A stretch of 64,000 bases of DNA, from positions 91,103 to 155,102 of the forward strand of contig CAZHZE010000001.1 in NCBI GenBank assembly GCA_964537265.1, written 5' to 3'. The translations under genes were made by a program, and so were the position numbers. Position 1 is the stretch's first letter. Every line of letters starts with the position of its first letter. The stretch comes from an uncultured Gammaproteobacteria bacterium. GTDB taxonomy: Bacteria; Patescibacteriota; Patescibacteriia; Patescibacteriales; GWC2-42-12. This document shows, piece after piece, positions 44,130 to 54,786 of this stretch. The notes beneath the pieces are model-generated. The model had not been told where the DNA came from and ran no database searches. It saw only the letters and a list, made by a program, of their open reading frames with translations.

Positions 44130-45773
44130 TTATATGCCTCGCGCTTCGGTTTGATCAGGCGTTTCAATTTTTTTAGAGCCAACTAAACGTCGTTTAAAAG
44201 AAAGCCAAAAATCAAATAATTCTTCGCTTTTCAAAATATAACAAACAAAAATATAAACTATTATGCCAACTAAGCCAGCCATAAAACCTTGGGTCGCAAT
44301 TTCCCAAAATCTATCTAAGTCAACTTGATTGCCAATAAATAATTTTACGCATTGGACAGAAAAGCCACAAGCCAAAGCGGCTAAACAAAATTTTAGAGTT
44401 GAAATCAAAATTCTTGCTTCATCAATTTTACCTATTTTTATATTAAGCCATAACCATAGCCACAGTAAATTTATAATATTGCTGATAGAAAATGCCAAGG
44501 CTAAACCAGCCACGCCCATGCTTTGAGAAAGCTCAATAGATAATAAAATATTAATTATAGCTGTTATCAAACCTATAATAAATGGCGTTTTAGAATCATG
44601 CCTAGCATAAAAAACACGAATTAATAAAGGAATTAGAGATTGAGCGAAAAGAGATATGGAAAAAAAGCCTAAAGTATCAATAGTTAGAAGAGTATCCTGC
44701 CAATCAAATTGACCAGTACCTAAAATAACTCTAATAATCTGGGCGCGCAAAGATAAAAGAAGGACCGTAGATGGGATAATAAAAAATAATATCTGCCTTA
44801 TAGTTAAGGATAAATTTTTAACTAATTCATTTTTATTAAAGCCAGAAGAAGATAGTGCGGGAAAAGCTGCTATCGCAAAAGAAATACCGAAAATACCCAC
44901 GGGAAAAGATTGTAAATTATTAGCGAAATTAAAAACAGCCAGTGAACCGCTCGCTATAGTTGAAGCAATAACCGTAATAACTAATAAATTTAATTGTGAA
45001 ATAGCTAAACTCATCGTCCTGGGGATCATTATTATCCAAATTTTTCTGACCATATTATCTTTGATTTTAAATATGAAATTGTATTTAAAACCTAATTTAA
45101 TCAAAGCCGGAATCTGCACAGCCATATGAATAAAAGCGCCCAGTACTACACCCCAAGCTAAACCATAAATTCCGCAGACTGGCACAAAATATAAAGCGCC
45201 AATAATGATGCCTATATTGTAAAAAATTGGCGATAAAGAATAGACAAAAAATCTTTTGAAAGATTGCAATATACCGCCAAAAACGCTAGAAATGCCTAGA
45301 AAAATCGGTGATAAAAACATAATTCTTGATAAACCGATAGTTAAATTCATTTTTTCTCCGCTAAAACCCGGGGTAATCAAATGCATAATTTGTGGAGCAA
45401 AAATTACTCCTAAACCACATAAAATTAAAAGTGCAGCAACTAAAATATTTAAAATATTGCTAGCTAACTGCCAAGCCGCTTTGTATTCTTCTTGTATAAA
45501 AGATTTTATTTTTTCTAAAGGGCTTTTAATTAAAGAAGTAAAAATAGGAATAAAGCCAGCTGATAAAGCTCCTAAAACTAACAAATTAAAAATTAAATCT
45601 GGAACACGAAAAGCCGCATAATAAATATCTAAAGTATCTCCGGCTCCAAATTGACCGGCTAAAATACGATCGCGAAAAATTCCTAATAAACGGCTAATTA
45701 AAGAAGAACCGCCAACCAACAAAGCGGCTACGGTTATGCTATTTATTTCTCCATTTAAAATCCGTTTTATCAT
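44130..45773 (-). CDS. murJ: lipid II flippase MurJ (MviN)
   Basis: 547 aa, about 14 TM. SRLLGIFRDRILAGQFGAG...D.YY.AFRVP is the typical MurJ N-terminus. Confidence 0.88.
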   Translation of the reverse strand: MIKRILNGEINSITVAALLVGGSSLISRLLGIFRDRILAGQFGAGDTLDIYYAAFRVPDLIFNLLVLGALSAGFIPIFTSLIKSPLEKIKSFIQEEYKAAWQLASNILNILVAALLILCGLGVIFAPQIMHLITPGFSGEKMNLTIGLSRIMFLSPIFLGISSVFGGILQSFKRFFVYSLSPIFYNIGIIIGALYFVPVCGIYGLAWGVVLGAFIHMAVQIPALIKLGFKYNFIFKIKDNMVRKIWIIMIPRTMSLAISQLNLLVITVIASTIASGSLAVFNFANNLQSFPVGIFGISFAIAAFPALSSSGFNKNELVKNLSLTIRQILFFIIPSTVLLLSLRAQIIRVILGTGQFDWQDTLLTIDTLGFFSISLFAQSLIPLLIRVFYARHDSKTPFIIGLITAIINILLSIELSQSMGVAGLALAFSISNIINLLWLWLWLNIKIGKIDEARILISTLKFCLAALACGFSVQCVKLFIGNQVDLDRFWEIATQGFMAGLVGIIVYIFVCYILKSEELFDFWLSFKRRLVGSKKIETPDQTEARGI

Positions 45774-45784
45774 AGATATTAATA

Positions 45785-46831
45785 TTAAAAGGCTAAAGTC
45801 TTAATTTCTCTCATAATCATTAATTCTTCATTAGCTTTAACCGTCAACATGGGCAGTTTGCCCAAGCATTTTATTTTTTTCATAACCTGATTACGAGTCA
45901 TCGGGTTGCCCGACCCTATAGCTCCGGTAAAAACAATCGCTTGTACTTTGCCTTCTAGCTCTGTCCAATAAGAGCCGATATATTTTACTAAACGATTAAT
46001 AGCTAAATCAAAAGCTAAGTTAGCGTCTTTATCTCCCAGCGAAACCATTTTTAATAATTCCTGAAAATCATTAACGCCTGCCAAGCCTTTAATGCCTGAC
46101 TGCTTATTTAATAAATCATAAACTATTTCTACTTTTTCTTTATTTATTTCTTCTGGCAGATATTCCAATAGTTTAAAAATTATACCCGGGTCGATATCTC
46201 CAGCTCTAGTCATCATGATTAAGCCTTCTAAAGGCGTAAAGCCCATTGAAGTATCAATGGGTTGGCCATTTTTTATGGCTGTGATTGACCAGCCGCCTCC
46301 TAAATGGCAACTAATTAAATTAATTTTATTGATTTCTGTTTTTAACGCTTTAGCGCTTTCTTGCATAGCATATTTATGAGAAGTGCCATGAAAACCATAA
46401 CGATAAATTTTATACTTTTCGCTTATATTTTTAGGCAAAGCGTAAAATTTAGAAATATCCGGCAAATTGGCATAAAAAGCGGTATCAAAAACTGCCACCT
46501 GTTTAATATGCGGCAAATATTCCATAACTGCCTTAATGCCGGCTAAATTATAAGGGTTATGTAAAGGCGCTAAATCATTAAATTTTTCTAAATCAGAAAA
46601 ATTATCTTGATTTATAATAATAGGTTTAAAAAAATTATAGCCGCCATGAACTACTCTATGGCCAACTGCTTTTAAGTCTTGCAAACTTCCTACATCTCTT
46701 AAAATTTTTTTTAAGGCTGCTTGATGATCAACAACATTATCAATTTCGCCTTGCTTTAATTCTTCTTCTTGCTCAGAAAATAATTTATATTTTATGGAAG
46801 TTGATCCGGAGTTTATAACAAGTATAGACAT
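45785..46831 (-). CDS. ackA: acetate/propionate-family kinase (short form)
   Basis: 348 aa. LVINSGSTSIKYKLF, GHRVVHGG, YGFHGTSHKY, TRAGDIDPG. Confidence 0.8.
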   Translation of the reverse strand: MSILVINSGSTSIKYKLFSEQEEELKQGEIDNVVDHQAALKKILRDVGSLQDLKAVGHRVVHGGYNFFKPIIINQDNFSDLEKFNDLAPLHNPYNLAGIKAVMEYLPHIKQVAVFDTAFYANLPDISKFYALPKNISEKYKIYRYGFHGTSHKYAMQESAKALKTEINKINLISCHLGGGWSITAIKNGQPIDTSMGFTPLEGLIMMTRAGDIDPGIIFKLLEYLPEEINKEKVEIVYDLLNKQSGIKGLAGVNDFQELLKMVSLGDKDANLAFDLAINRLVKYIGSYWTELEGKVQAIVFTGAIGSGNPMTRNQVMKKIKCLGKLPMLTVKANEELMIMREIKTLAF

Positions 46832-46868
46832 AAATTAAATTTGAAATGTAAAATTTGTTTAACAATTA

Positions 46869-48458
46869 TTATATCAGGCTTCGGCCAGTCATATCTGCTG
46901 GTTTATCTAAGCCCATAACTTTTAAAATTGTTGGCGCTACGTCAGAAAGCATTCCTTGGGGCTGAAGCAAGCTTAAATCACCTCCCGGCGCGTCAGGCAA
47001 AGATAAAGTTTTGCCCTCATAATCTTTACCAATAATTAAAAACGGCACCGGATTAGCTGAATGTTCTTTATCAATTATTCCTGTCTGCATATTAAATAAA
47101 TCCTCAGCATTACCATGATCAGCCGTAATAAATAACATGCCATTTTTATTTAAAACCGAATTTACTATCTTGCCCACGCATTTATCAATCACTTCAATCG
47201 CTTTGATTGTAGCCTTTAGATTGCCGGTATGGCCCACCATATCTGGATTGGCAAAATTTATTAAAATGAAATCATAAGTATCCTGGTCAACGGCTTTAAT
47301 AACTTTATCAGTAACTTCTAGAGCCGACATTTCTGGTTTAAGATCATAACTAGGTACGGCTGGAGATGGAACTAATATTTGATCCTCTCCGTCTGATTTT
47401 GTTTCACGACCTCCGTTAAAAAAATATGTTACATGAGCATATTTTTCCGTTTCAGCTATTCTTAATTGTCTTAAACCTGATTGAGATAAAACTTCTCCTA
47501 AAGTATTTTTTAAAGTATCTGGAGGAAAAATTAATTCTACTGGTAAATTTTTTTCATATTCAACAAAAGTAGCAAATAAAATATTTAAATATTTTTCTCT
47601 TTTAAATTTTTCGAAACTGGGCAAAGTAAAAGCTTTGGTAAGTTGGCGCGCCCGATCAGGACGATAATTAAAAAATATAACCGCATCACCATCTTCAATT
47701 TTGGTTATGGGCTGGTTATTTTTAGTAATAACGGTAGGCATAAATTCTTCATCATATATTCTTTTTTCATAACTGTCGACAATAGCTTTTTCAACTGATT
47801 CACTTTTTTCGCCAATGCCTAAAACCATAGCTTCATAAGCCTTTGACGTTCTATCCCAATGGTTATCTCTATCCATAGCATAAAAACGTCCAGACAAAGA
47901 AGCTATTTTACCGTTTGTATTATTTAAAGACGCTTCAAGCTCTTTAATAAAATTTAAACCAGAATTAAATGCTGTGTCCCGGCCGTCTAGAATTGCATGA
48001 ATATAAAATTCTTTAACTTTTTCTTCTGCCATTAGAGCTATTAATGCTTGTAAATGATCGATTGAAGCATGAACTCCACCGTTAGAAGTTAAACCGATTA
48101 AATGCAATTTGGAATTGTTATTTTTTACTTGCTCAACGGCTTTTAATAATACTTTATTTTTATAAAAACTATTATCGGCTATAGCTCGATTAATTTTAGG
48201 AAGATTTTGATAAATAATTCGGCCTGAGCCTAAGTTTAAATGTCCGACTTCACTGTTGCCAAATTCCCCCCAAGGCAAACCCACGCCCTCGCCAGAAGCC
48301 ATTAAAACCATAGAAGGATATTTAGCTATATAATTTTTTATGTTTGGTATATTGGATTGGCTAATAGCATTGCCTGCGTAAGAGCTAGCTATGCCCCAAC
48401 CATCAAGAATCATCAAAACAACCGGTCTGGGACAAGAAATTTTTTTATTATCTTTCAT
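46869..48458 (-). CDS. gpmI: 2,3-bisphosphoglycerate-independent phosphoglycerate mutase, copy 1
   Basis: 529 aa. LDGWG, GNSEVGH (catalytic Ser), SNGGVHAS, DGRD, GRFYAMDRD, ETEKYAHVTYFFNGG, NPDMVGHTG, ADHGN, EHSANPVP. Confidence 0.92.
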   Translation of the reverse strand: MKDNKKISCPRPVVLMILDGWGIASSYAGNAISQSNIPNIKNYIAKYPSMVLMASGEGVGLPWGEFGNSEVGHLNLGSGRIIYQNLPKINRAIADNSFYKNKVLLKAVEQVKNNNSKLHLIGLTSNGGVHASIDHLQALIALMAEEKVKEFYIHAILDGRDTAFNSGLNFIKELEASLNNTNGKIASLSGRFYAMDRDNHWDRTSKAYEAMVLGIGEKSESVEKAIVDSYEKRIYDEEFMPTVITKNNQPITKIEDGDAVIFFNYRPDRARQLTKAFTLPSFEKFKREKYLNILFATFVEYEKNLPVELIFPPDTLKNTLGEVLSQSGLRQLRIAETEKYAHVTYFFNGGRETKSDGEDQILVPSPAVPSYDLKPEMSALEVTDKVIKAVDQDTYDFILINFANPDMVGHTGNLKATIKAIEVIDKCVGKIVNSVLNKNGMLFITADHGNAEDLFNMQTGIIDKEHSANPVPFLIIGKDYEGKTLSLPDAPGGDLSLLQPQGMLSDVAPTILKVMGLDKPADMTGRSLI

Positions 48459-48460
48459 AA

Positions 48461-50044
48461 TTATTTTATCAATGATTTACCAGTCATTTCTACTGGTTTT
48501 TTAAAACCTAATAATTCTAAAATTGTGGGGGCAATATCGCCCAAAATACCTCCCTTTCTTAATTTAATTTTATTGCGTAAATTTTTATTTACTAATATAA
48601 AAGGCACTTGATTTATAGAATGTTCTGTATCAATTTCGCCGGTTTTTAGATTAATCATTTCTTCTATATTACCATGATCAGCAGAAACTAAAACAGTGCC
48701 GTTAACATTTAAATAGGCCTTAATAATTTTCCCTAAATATTTATCAACTTCATGGCAGCATTCTATGCCAGCTTCCAAATTGCCTGTATGGCCTATCATA
48801 TCCGGGGCGGCAAAATTTAAAACCGTAAAATCATATTTATTTTTATTAAGATTTGCTATTATTTCATCGCACAGTTTTTCTGAACTCATGGCCGGTATAA
48901 CATCATAAGATTTTACATCGGGCGAAGGTATAACTTGTCTATCTTCGCCATCGACTGAATCAGCGTAACCACCATTAAAAAAATAGGTCACATGAGCGTA
49001 TTTTTCCGTTTCGGCAATATATAATTGTTTTAAGCTAGCCAACTCCATGGGCAAAGTATTTTTTAAATCGCTTGAAGGGAAGGCCGTAAAAATACTATCT
49101 AAATCAGGCCCAAAATCCGTCATAGCCACAAATAATAAATCGCGCAAGAATTTTTTCCTAGTAAAACAAAATTTATTTTTTTCGCAGAAATCTTTCTGCA
49201 CAAAAACTTTAGCTAATTGTCTGGCTCGATCAGACCTCAAATTAAAAAATATTACACTATCCTTAGAAGCTATTCTCGGCAAAGGTTTTCCGTCTTTAGT
49301 AATAATATAAGGTTCGATAAATTCATCATTTTCTCCCCTATTATAACTTTCGGTAATTGCCGATTGCGCGCTAACGGCTTTTTTGCCAAGACCATTAACT
49401 AAAGCATTATAAGCTTTTTCTGTCCTGTCCCAAGTTTTTTTTCTATCCATAGCATAAAATCTTCCCATAACGGTAGCTATAGCTTCGCCATTTTTAAAAG
49501 ATTTTTGAATATCAGTAATTAATTTTAAAGAGGCGTATTTTGGAGAATCTCTTCCGTCTGTAAATAAATGCAAATAAACATCTTTCACATTATTATCTCT
49601 GGCTAAAGATAATAAGGCCAATAAATGTTTAGGGTCGCTATGCGCGCTCATGCCGTTAGACACCATGCCCATAATATGCAAATTTGATTTATTTTTTTTA
49701 GCATGCCTAATAGCTTCAATAAAACTAGCATTTTTATAAAAAGTACCGTTGTTAATACTTTGGGAGATTCTTTCAGCGTCTTGTTCTACTATACGACCAG
49801 CTCCAATGTTCATATGGCCGGCTTCGCTATTGCCAGATTGCTGGGCTGGCAATCCAACATATTTGCCATAAGCATAAAGCTTGGTGCTAGGATATTTTTT
49901 ACTTATCCCATCCATAGTCGGAATTTTTGCTAAAGCGATAGCATTGCCACGATTTGGCATAGCCAAGCCCCAACCGTCAAGGATTATTAAAATCATGGGT
50001 AAATTATTTTTTTCTAGTTTATTTAATTTTTCTTTTTTAGGCAT
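48461..50044 (-). CDS. 2,3-bisphosphoglycerate-independent phosphoglycerate mutase, divergent tandem paralog (copy 2)
   Basis: 527 aa. Same catalytic and metal motifs (GNSEAGH, DGRD, APDMIGHTG, ADHGN, EHSINQVP), but the GGVHSH motif is altered to SNGMSAHSD. Confidence 0.88.
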   Translation of the reverse strand: MPKKEKLNKLEKNNLPMILIILDGWGLAMPNRGNAIALAKIPTMDGISKKYPSTKLYAYGKYVGLPAQQSGNSEAGHMNIGAGRIVEQDAERISQSINNGTFYKNASFIEAIRHAKKNKSNLHIMGMVSNGMSAHSDPKHLLALLSLARDNNVKDVYLHLFTDGRDSPKYASLKLITDIQKSFKNGEAIATVMGRFYAMDRKKTWDRTEKAYNALVNGLGKKAVSAQSAITESYNRGENDEFIEPYIITKDGKPLPRIASKDSVIFFNLRSDRARQLAKVFVQKDFCEKNKFCFTRKKFLRDLLFVAMTDFGPDLDSIFTAFPSSDLKNTLPMELASLKQLYIAETEKYAHVTYFFNGGYADSVDGEDRQVIPSPDVKSYDVIPAMSSEKLCDEIIANLNKNKYDFTVLNFAAPDMIGHTGNLEAGIECCHEVDKYLGKIIKAYLNVNGTVLVSADHGNIEEMINLKTGEIDTEHSINQVPFILVNKNLRNKIKLRKGGILGDIAPTILELLGFKKPVEMTGKSLIK

Positions 50045-50105
50045 AAATATAAAAAGTTAATTAGTCGCGTAGTTAAAATGCAAAACTAATTAACCAACCA
50101 ACTAA

Positions 50106-51380
50106 TTAACTAATTAACTGTTCCTCTATTTCCATTAGCCTATTATATTTTGCTACTCTTTCTCCGCGAGATAGTGAACCAGCTTTAATATAATCCGCTT
50201 GAGCGGCTACGGCTAAATCAGCTATAAAATCATCAGATGTTTCACCACTTCTGTGCGAAATAATGATTTTATAATTATGTTTTTTAGCTAATTTTATACA
50301 ATCAATGGTTTCTGTTAATGTCCCGACCTGATTTAATTTTATTAAAATAGCATTAGCCGCGCGTTCCTTAAGCCCCCTTCTTAAACGTTCTACGTTGGTC
50401 ACAAATAAATCATCTCCAACTAGCATAATTTCCGAGCCTAATTCTTTATTTAATTTTTGCCAACCTTCCCAATCATCTTCAGCTAAACCGTCTTCAATAT
50501 AAATAATTGGATATTTCCTAAACCATTCATAATATAAATTAGTTAAAGTGTCTGATGTAAAACTGGCCTGATCTAATTTAAAAACATATTTTCCGTCAGT
50601 TTTATTGTAAAGTTGCGATGAGCCAACATCAACTCCCAAAGCTATTTCACTGCCTGATTTAAAACCGGCCTGAACGGCTGAAGCCATTATCAATTCAATG
50701 GCCTGAATAGAAGAATTAATATTAGGAGCATAACCGCCTTCATTGCCAACGTCAGTATCAAAACCAGCCTTTTTTAAAACTCTGCCTAAAGAATGAAAAA
50801 TTTCTGATCCAATTCTTACTTTTTCTTTTATGCTAGTATTCAAAACTGGAATAACCATAAATTCCTGAAAATCAAGATTAGTATCAGCGTGTTTCCCACC
50901 ATTAAAAATATTAAAACAAGGCGTAGGCAATTTATAGCTTTTGCCGTCTTTGGGTGCGCCTAATTCATAAGTTCTGCTAATATACTCATAAAGCTCTAAA
51001 TCTAAACTTAAAGCTGCGGCTCGGGCACAAGCCAAAGATACGGATAGAATGGCGTTGGCTCCCAATTTGCTTTTAGCTTTTGTACCGTCTAGCTTTATCA
51101 TTAAATCATCAATTTTTTCCTGTTCAGTTATACTAAAACCTATTAATTCAGGAGCAATTTTTTTCTCTACATTTTTTACAGCTTTAAGAACGCCAAGACC
51201 CTCATATCTTTTTACATCTTCGTCGCGCAATTCTAAAGCTTCATGAACTCCGGTAGAGGCGCCAGATGGCACGCTAGCTTTTGCCTTTAAACCATTATCT
51301 AAAAAAACATAAGTTTCTATCGTCGGATTTCCTCTTGAATCTAAAATTTCACGCGCGATTATTTTTTTTATTTTTGGCAT
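50106..51380 (-). CDS. eno: enolase
   Basis: 424 aa. EILDSRGNPT, SHRSGETSDDFIADLAV, IKAGSLSRGERVAKYNRL. Confidence 0.95.
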   Translation of the reverse strand: MPKIKKIIAREILDSRGNPTIETYVFLDNGLKAKASVPSGASTGVHEALELRDEDVKRYEGLGVLKAVKNVEKKIAPELIGFSITEQEKIDDLMIKLDGTKAKSKLGANAILSVSLACARAAALSLDLELYEYISRTYELGAPKDGKSYKLPTPCFNIFNGGKHADTNLDFQEFMVIPVLNTSIKEKVRIGSEIFHSLGRVLKKAGFDTDVGNEGGYAPNINSSIQAIELIMASAVQAGFKSGSEIALGVDVGSSQLYNKTDGKYVFKLDQASFTSDTLTNLYYEWFRKYPIIYIEDGLAEDDWEGWQKLNKELGSEIMLVGDDLFVTNVERLRRGLKERAANAILIKLNQVGTLTETIDCIKLAKKHNYKIIISHRSGETSDDFIADLAVAAQADYIKAGSLSRGERVAKYNRLMEIEEQLIS

Positions 51381-51497
51381 AATTATATATAATCAAATAA
51401 AAATTTATTGCCTTATAGTTTAGATGATTATCCTCGCCTTAACTTTTTTTGAGCGAGTTAAAAAATTTTTATTTGATACCTTATATTTTTTAAGTAT

Positions 51498-52253
51498 CTA
51501 TAAAATTTCATACTGGACTGTAGCAAAAACTGTTATTTCATTACTGCCAGCTTCAACTGCTGGCGCTGCGCCGCCGCCGCCCATACCTTCTGCCATGGCA
51601 TAACCGCTATAATATTGGGTTGGCGTGCTTGAAGATTCACTAAAAGAAACTACCTTGCCAAGTTTTACGCCGACTATGTTAGCTAAAGCCTCTGCTTTGG
51701 TTTTAGCTTGCTCTAAAGCTTTTTGCCTAGCTTCTTCTTTAAGCTTATCCGGATTATCTATCTCAAAAGTCAAACTGCCAACTTGATTCAAACCAACAGT
51801 GCCAGCCGCATCTAAAATCTGGCTTACCTTATTCATATCTCTTACTTTAACGCTTAAATCCTGACTTACCAAATAACCTCTTAACGACTGCTTGCCACTG
51901 CTTAACCAATCATACTGCGGAGAAATATAATAATTAACTGTCTTAATATCTTTAGCATCAACTTTAAAATCTTTTTTTAGCTTATCAATCATAGCATTAA
52001 TTTTAGTAGTATTTTCTTTTTGGGCATCAGCTACGGTTTTTTTCTCCACGCTAAAACCTAATTGAATTTTAGCTACATCAGGTACGCCAGTTACTTTGCC
52101 TTCGCCAGTGATGGTTATAGAATGGCTTTCTTTAGGGCTGATACCAATATAATCATGGGTTTTAAAAGCGTTCCAGCTTAAAATTCCTAAATAAATTGTG
52201 CCGAGCGTTAAAAATACGCCGACAAAAATTGTTACGATTTTGTTTGGAATCAT
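51498..52253 (-). CDS. SIMPL/DUF541-domain periplasmic protein
   Basis: 251 aa. N-terminal TM, ITITGEGKVTGVPDVAKIQLGF start of the SIMPL domain, Gly/Ala-rich segment near the C-terminus. Confidence 0.7.
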   Translation of the reverse strand: MIPNKIVTIFVGVFLTLGTIYLGILSWNAFKTHDYIGISPKESHSITITGEGKVTGVPDVAKIQLGFSVEKKTVADAQKENTTKINAMIDKLKKDFKVDAKDIKTVNYYISPQYDWLSSGKQSLRGYLVSQDLSVKVRDMNKVSQILDAAGTVGLNQVGSLTFEIDNPDKLKEEARQKALEQAKTKAEALANIVGVKLGKVVSFSESSSTPTQYYSGYAMAEGMGGGGAAPAVEAGSNEITVFATVQYEIL

Positions 52254-52270
52254 AGATTTATATTTAAAAA

Positions 52271-53440
52271 TTATTTAGCGATTCCTTTTAGGCCGGGCAT
52301 TTTTTCTCCGCCCAAGTAAGTAAGCATAGCTCCCCCGCCGGTTGAAATCCAATCAATATAATCTTCCATTTTAGACATTTTTAAAGCTTCAATAGTTTCT
52401 CCGCCGCCAACTACACCAAATGCCTTACCGCTAGATCTTGTTGCTACAAAACGAGCTATAGATAAAGTACCATGTTTAAAATGTTCATTTTCAAAATAAC
52501 CCAATGGACCGTTCCAAATTATAGTATTGGCGTGCCTTATAAAATTCACAAAAAGTTTAATTGTTTGAGGACCAACATCAAGTATTATATCATCTTTGCT
52601 AACTTGATTAACCGGCTTGACTTCTACAATTTTACTTTTAATACTTTTAGCCGTAATTACATCAATCGGCAAAATAATATTTTTATATTTTTTAGATAAA
52701 GCTACTGCTATTTTTATACTGCCTTTGTCGGCCATCGAATTACCGATCTCAAAGCCGTGAGCGGCTATAAAATTATTAGCCAAAGCCCCGCCGATTAAAA
52801 CTTTTTGGGATTTTCTAGCTAATCTTTTTATTAAAGCAATTTTAGTTTCTATTTTAGCTCCGCCAATTATGGATATTAATGGTTGCTTAGGATTCAAAAC
52901 TTTATTTAAATTTAAAATTTCTTTTTCTAAAAGTGGGCCAGCAAACGATGGCAAATATTTCTTAATTATACTGACCGAAGCATGGTTGCGATGGCTTACA
53001 GCAAAAGCGTCGTTAATGTAAATATCGGCTAGCTGCGCCAATGATTTGGCAAATTTTTTTTCATTTTTTTCTTCGCCTGGATTAAAACGCAAATTTTCTA
53101 AAAATATTATACTTTTGTTTTCTGCTTTTTTTATAGCCGATTTAACTCTTTCGCCGACACACTCATTAATAAATAATATTTTATGGCCTAAAATATGAGC
53201 CAATTTTTCAGCTATTGGTTCAGCTTTATTTTTCTTATCTACATGGGTAATAATAACTATTTTTGAATTATGTCTTAATAAATAGCGAAGGGTGGGCAAA
53301 ATAGCTATAATTTTAAAATCGTTTTTTATCTGGTCATTTTTTATCGGCACATTTAAATCCGCGCGCAATAAAATAGTTTTTCCAGCTAAACCCTTAATAT
53401 TTCTTATAGATTTTATTTTTGTCTGATTATAAATTTTCAT
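52271..53440 (-). CDS. pgk: phosphoglycerate kinase
   Basis: GKTILLRADLNVP, AFAVSHRNHASV, GGAKIETKI, GGGETIEA. The track start at 53461 is TTG, so the ATG at 53440 (MKIYNQTK...) is preferred. Confidence 0.92.
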   Translation of the reverse strand: MKIYNQTKIKSIRNIKGLAGKTILLRADLNVPIKNDQIKNDFKIIAILPTLRYLLRHNSKIVIITHVDKKNKAEPIAEKLAHILGHKILFINECVGERVKSAIKKAENKSIIFLENLRFNPGEEKNEKKFAKSLAQLADIYINDAFAVSHRNHASVSIIKKYLPSFAGPLLEKEILNLNKVLNPKQPLISIIGGAKIETKIALIKRLARKSQKVLIGGALANNFIAAHGFEIGNSMADKGSIKIAVALSKKYKNIILPIDVITAKSIKSKIVEVKPVNQVSKDDIILDVGPQTIKLFVNFIRHANTIIWNGPLGYFENEHFKHGTLSIARFVATRSSGKAFGVVGGGETIEALKMSKMEDYIDWISTGGGAMLTYLGGEKMPGLKGIAK

Positions 53441-53610
53441 GGATAGATAGAATGAAAACAAATCAAAATTATATTTAACGCTTTATTAAAAATTCAGAAA
53501 AAAACTTCCAACCTGAATGTATAAAGCATGTTAATATTATAACATAAATTAAGTAAAATAAAAACCCGCTTAATTACAGTAAAACGGGCTTAAATTTATT
53601 TATTTTATAA

Positions 53611-54786
53611 TTATTTTTGCTCCCCTAATATTACTTCAATTTTTTCTGCTACACCTGATCTTATAATCTCTATAGTTATCTTATCTTCGGCTGCATAATT
53701 TTGAATAATATCGGCCAAATTATTAAATTCATTAAGAATTATATTGCCAACAGAAATTATAATATCACCTTCACGCAAACCGGCTTTTTCGGCAGAACTA
53801 TTTTTTTTAACCGCAACACCCTTCTGATCCCTGGCGATAATCGCTCCTTTTTGCCAATTTTTATTTTGATTATCTGCGCCATAAATAAGCGAGGACAAAT
53901 TTATATAATTAACTCCTAAACTCGGCCTTTTTATAGATTTATGTTTAAATAAACTGTTAACCGCAGATTCTAAATGATATATAGGCTCAATTTCCCCTTT
54001 GAGATTAATTAAACCTAAAACATCGCCGGCCATATTAAAAACTACCGCACCTTTAAAATCCTGGGGCACATCACTATTCAAAATCAATTTGTTGGTAAAA
54101 CTATCGCTTGATTCAACTAATTCGTTTTTTTTAGTAAAACCTAACACAGAAGAAATCCAACTTAACCCCGACCAATTTATACAAATAGTAAAATTACCTT
54201 CATTAATATCTTGACTTTCTATAAATTTTCTAACCGGGAAATCTTTAACTGCAACATGTATAAAAGTAAAACCGGAAGAAATATCGCTAATAGCTTTGTC
54301 AATTTGATAAATTTTTTTATCTTGAGCGATCACTACATAATCAACATAAACTTTTTCTAAAGACAAAGTTGTTATTATCCAACCATCGGATGTTATAATG
54401 AAGCCTTGGCCGTCAGCATCGTTTATTTTATAAAAATTGTTTAAAGAAAAATTATTAACCTGGCTAATTTTCTGTTTTTTATAAATGCCAACTAAACTTT
54501 GGCTAACCGATTTTATAGTCTCCTCAATTTTAACATCTTGTTGCACTATAACATTTTTTGCATTGCTAATTATTATTCCTTGATCCTTAAATTTACCTTG
54601 GGAAAAATCAATGTTATTTAAAGAAGAAAAATTATAAGAAGCATCTAAAAAATAAGATTTAACGATGATGCTGCTAATTAAACCGCCGATTAAACTTAAA
54701 ATTAAAATAGTCAATAATAACAAAAATAATTTATGTTTTTTAAAAAAATTTTTTATATAATTCATATTATTTTTTACTAAATCCAC
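53611..54786 (-). CDS. HtrA-like trypsin-fold protein with PDZ domain but without the catalytic triad (pseudoprotease)
   Basis: 391 aa. Aligns to the HtrA at 23674..24798, but TNKHVV becomes ITTLSLE, DLAVLKI becomes GFTFIHV, and GNSGGP becomes DFKGAV. PDZ retained (AEKAGLREGDIIISVG). Confidence 0.7.
   Translation of the reverse strand: MDLVKNNMNYIKNFFKKHKLFLLLLTILILSLIGGLISSIIVKSYFLDASYNFSSLNNIDFSQGKFKDQGIIISNAKNVIVQQDVKIEETIKSVSQSLVGIYKKQKISQVNNFSLNNFYKINDADGQGFIITSDGWIITTLSLEKVYVDYVVIAQDKKIYQIDKAISDISSGFTFIHVAVKDFPVRKFIESQDINEGNFTICINWSGLSWISSVLGFTKKNELVESSDSFTNKLILNSDVPQDFKGAVVFNMAGDVLGLINLKGEIEPIYHLESAVNSLFKHKSIKRPSLGVNYINLSSLIYGADNQNKNWQKGAIIARDQKGVAVKKNSSAEKAGLREGDIIISVGNIILNEFNNLADIIQNYAAEDKITIEIIRSGVAEKIEVILGEQK

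Noticed and set aside
50058-50096. 9-bp inverted repeat TTAATTAGT ... ACTAATTAA between eno and gpmI
   Set aside because: It is pure A/T and expected by chance in this composition, with no flanking signals.
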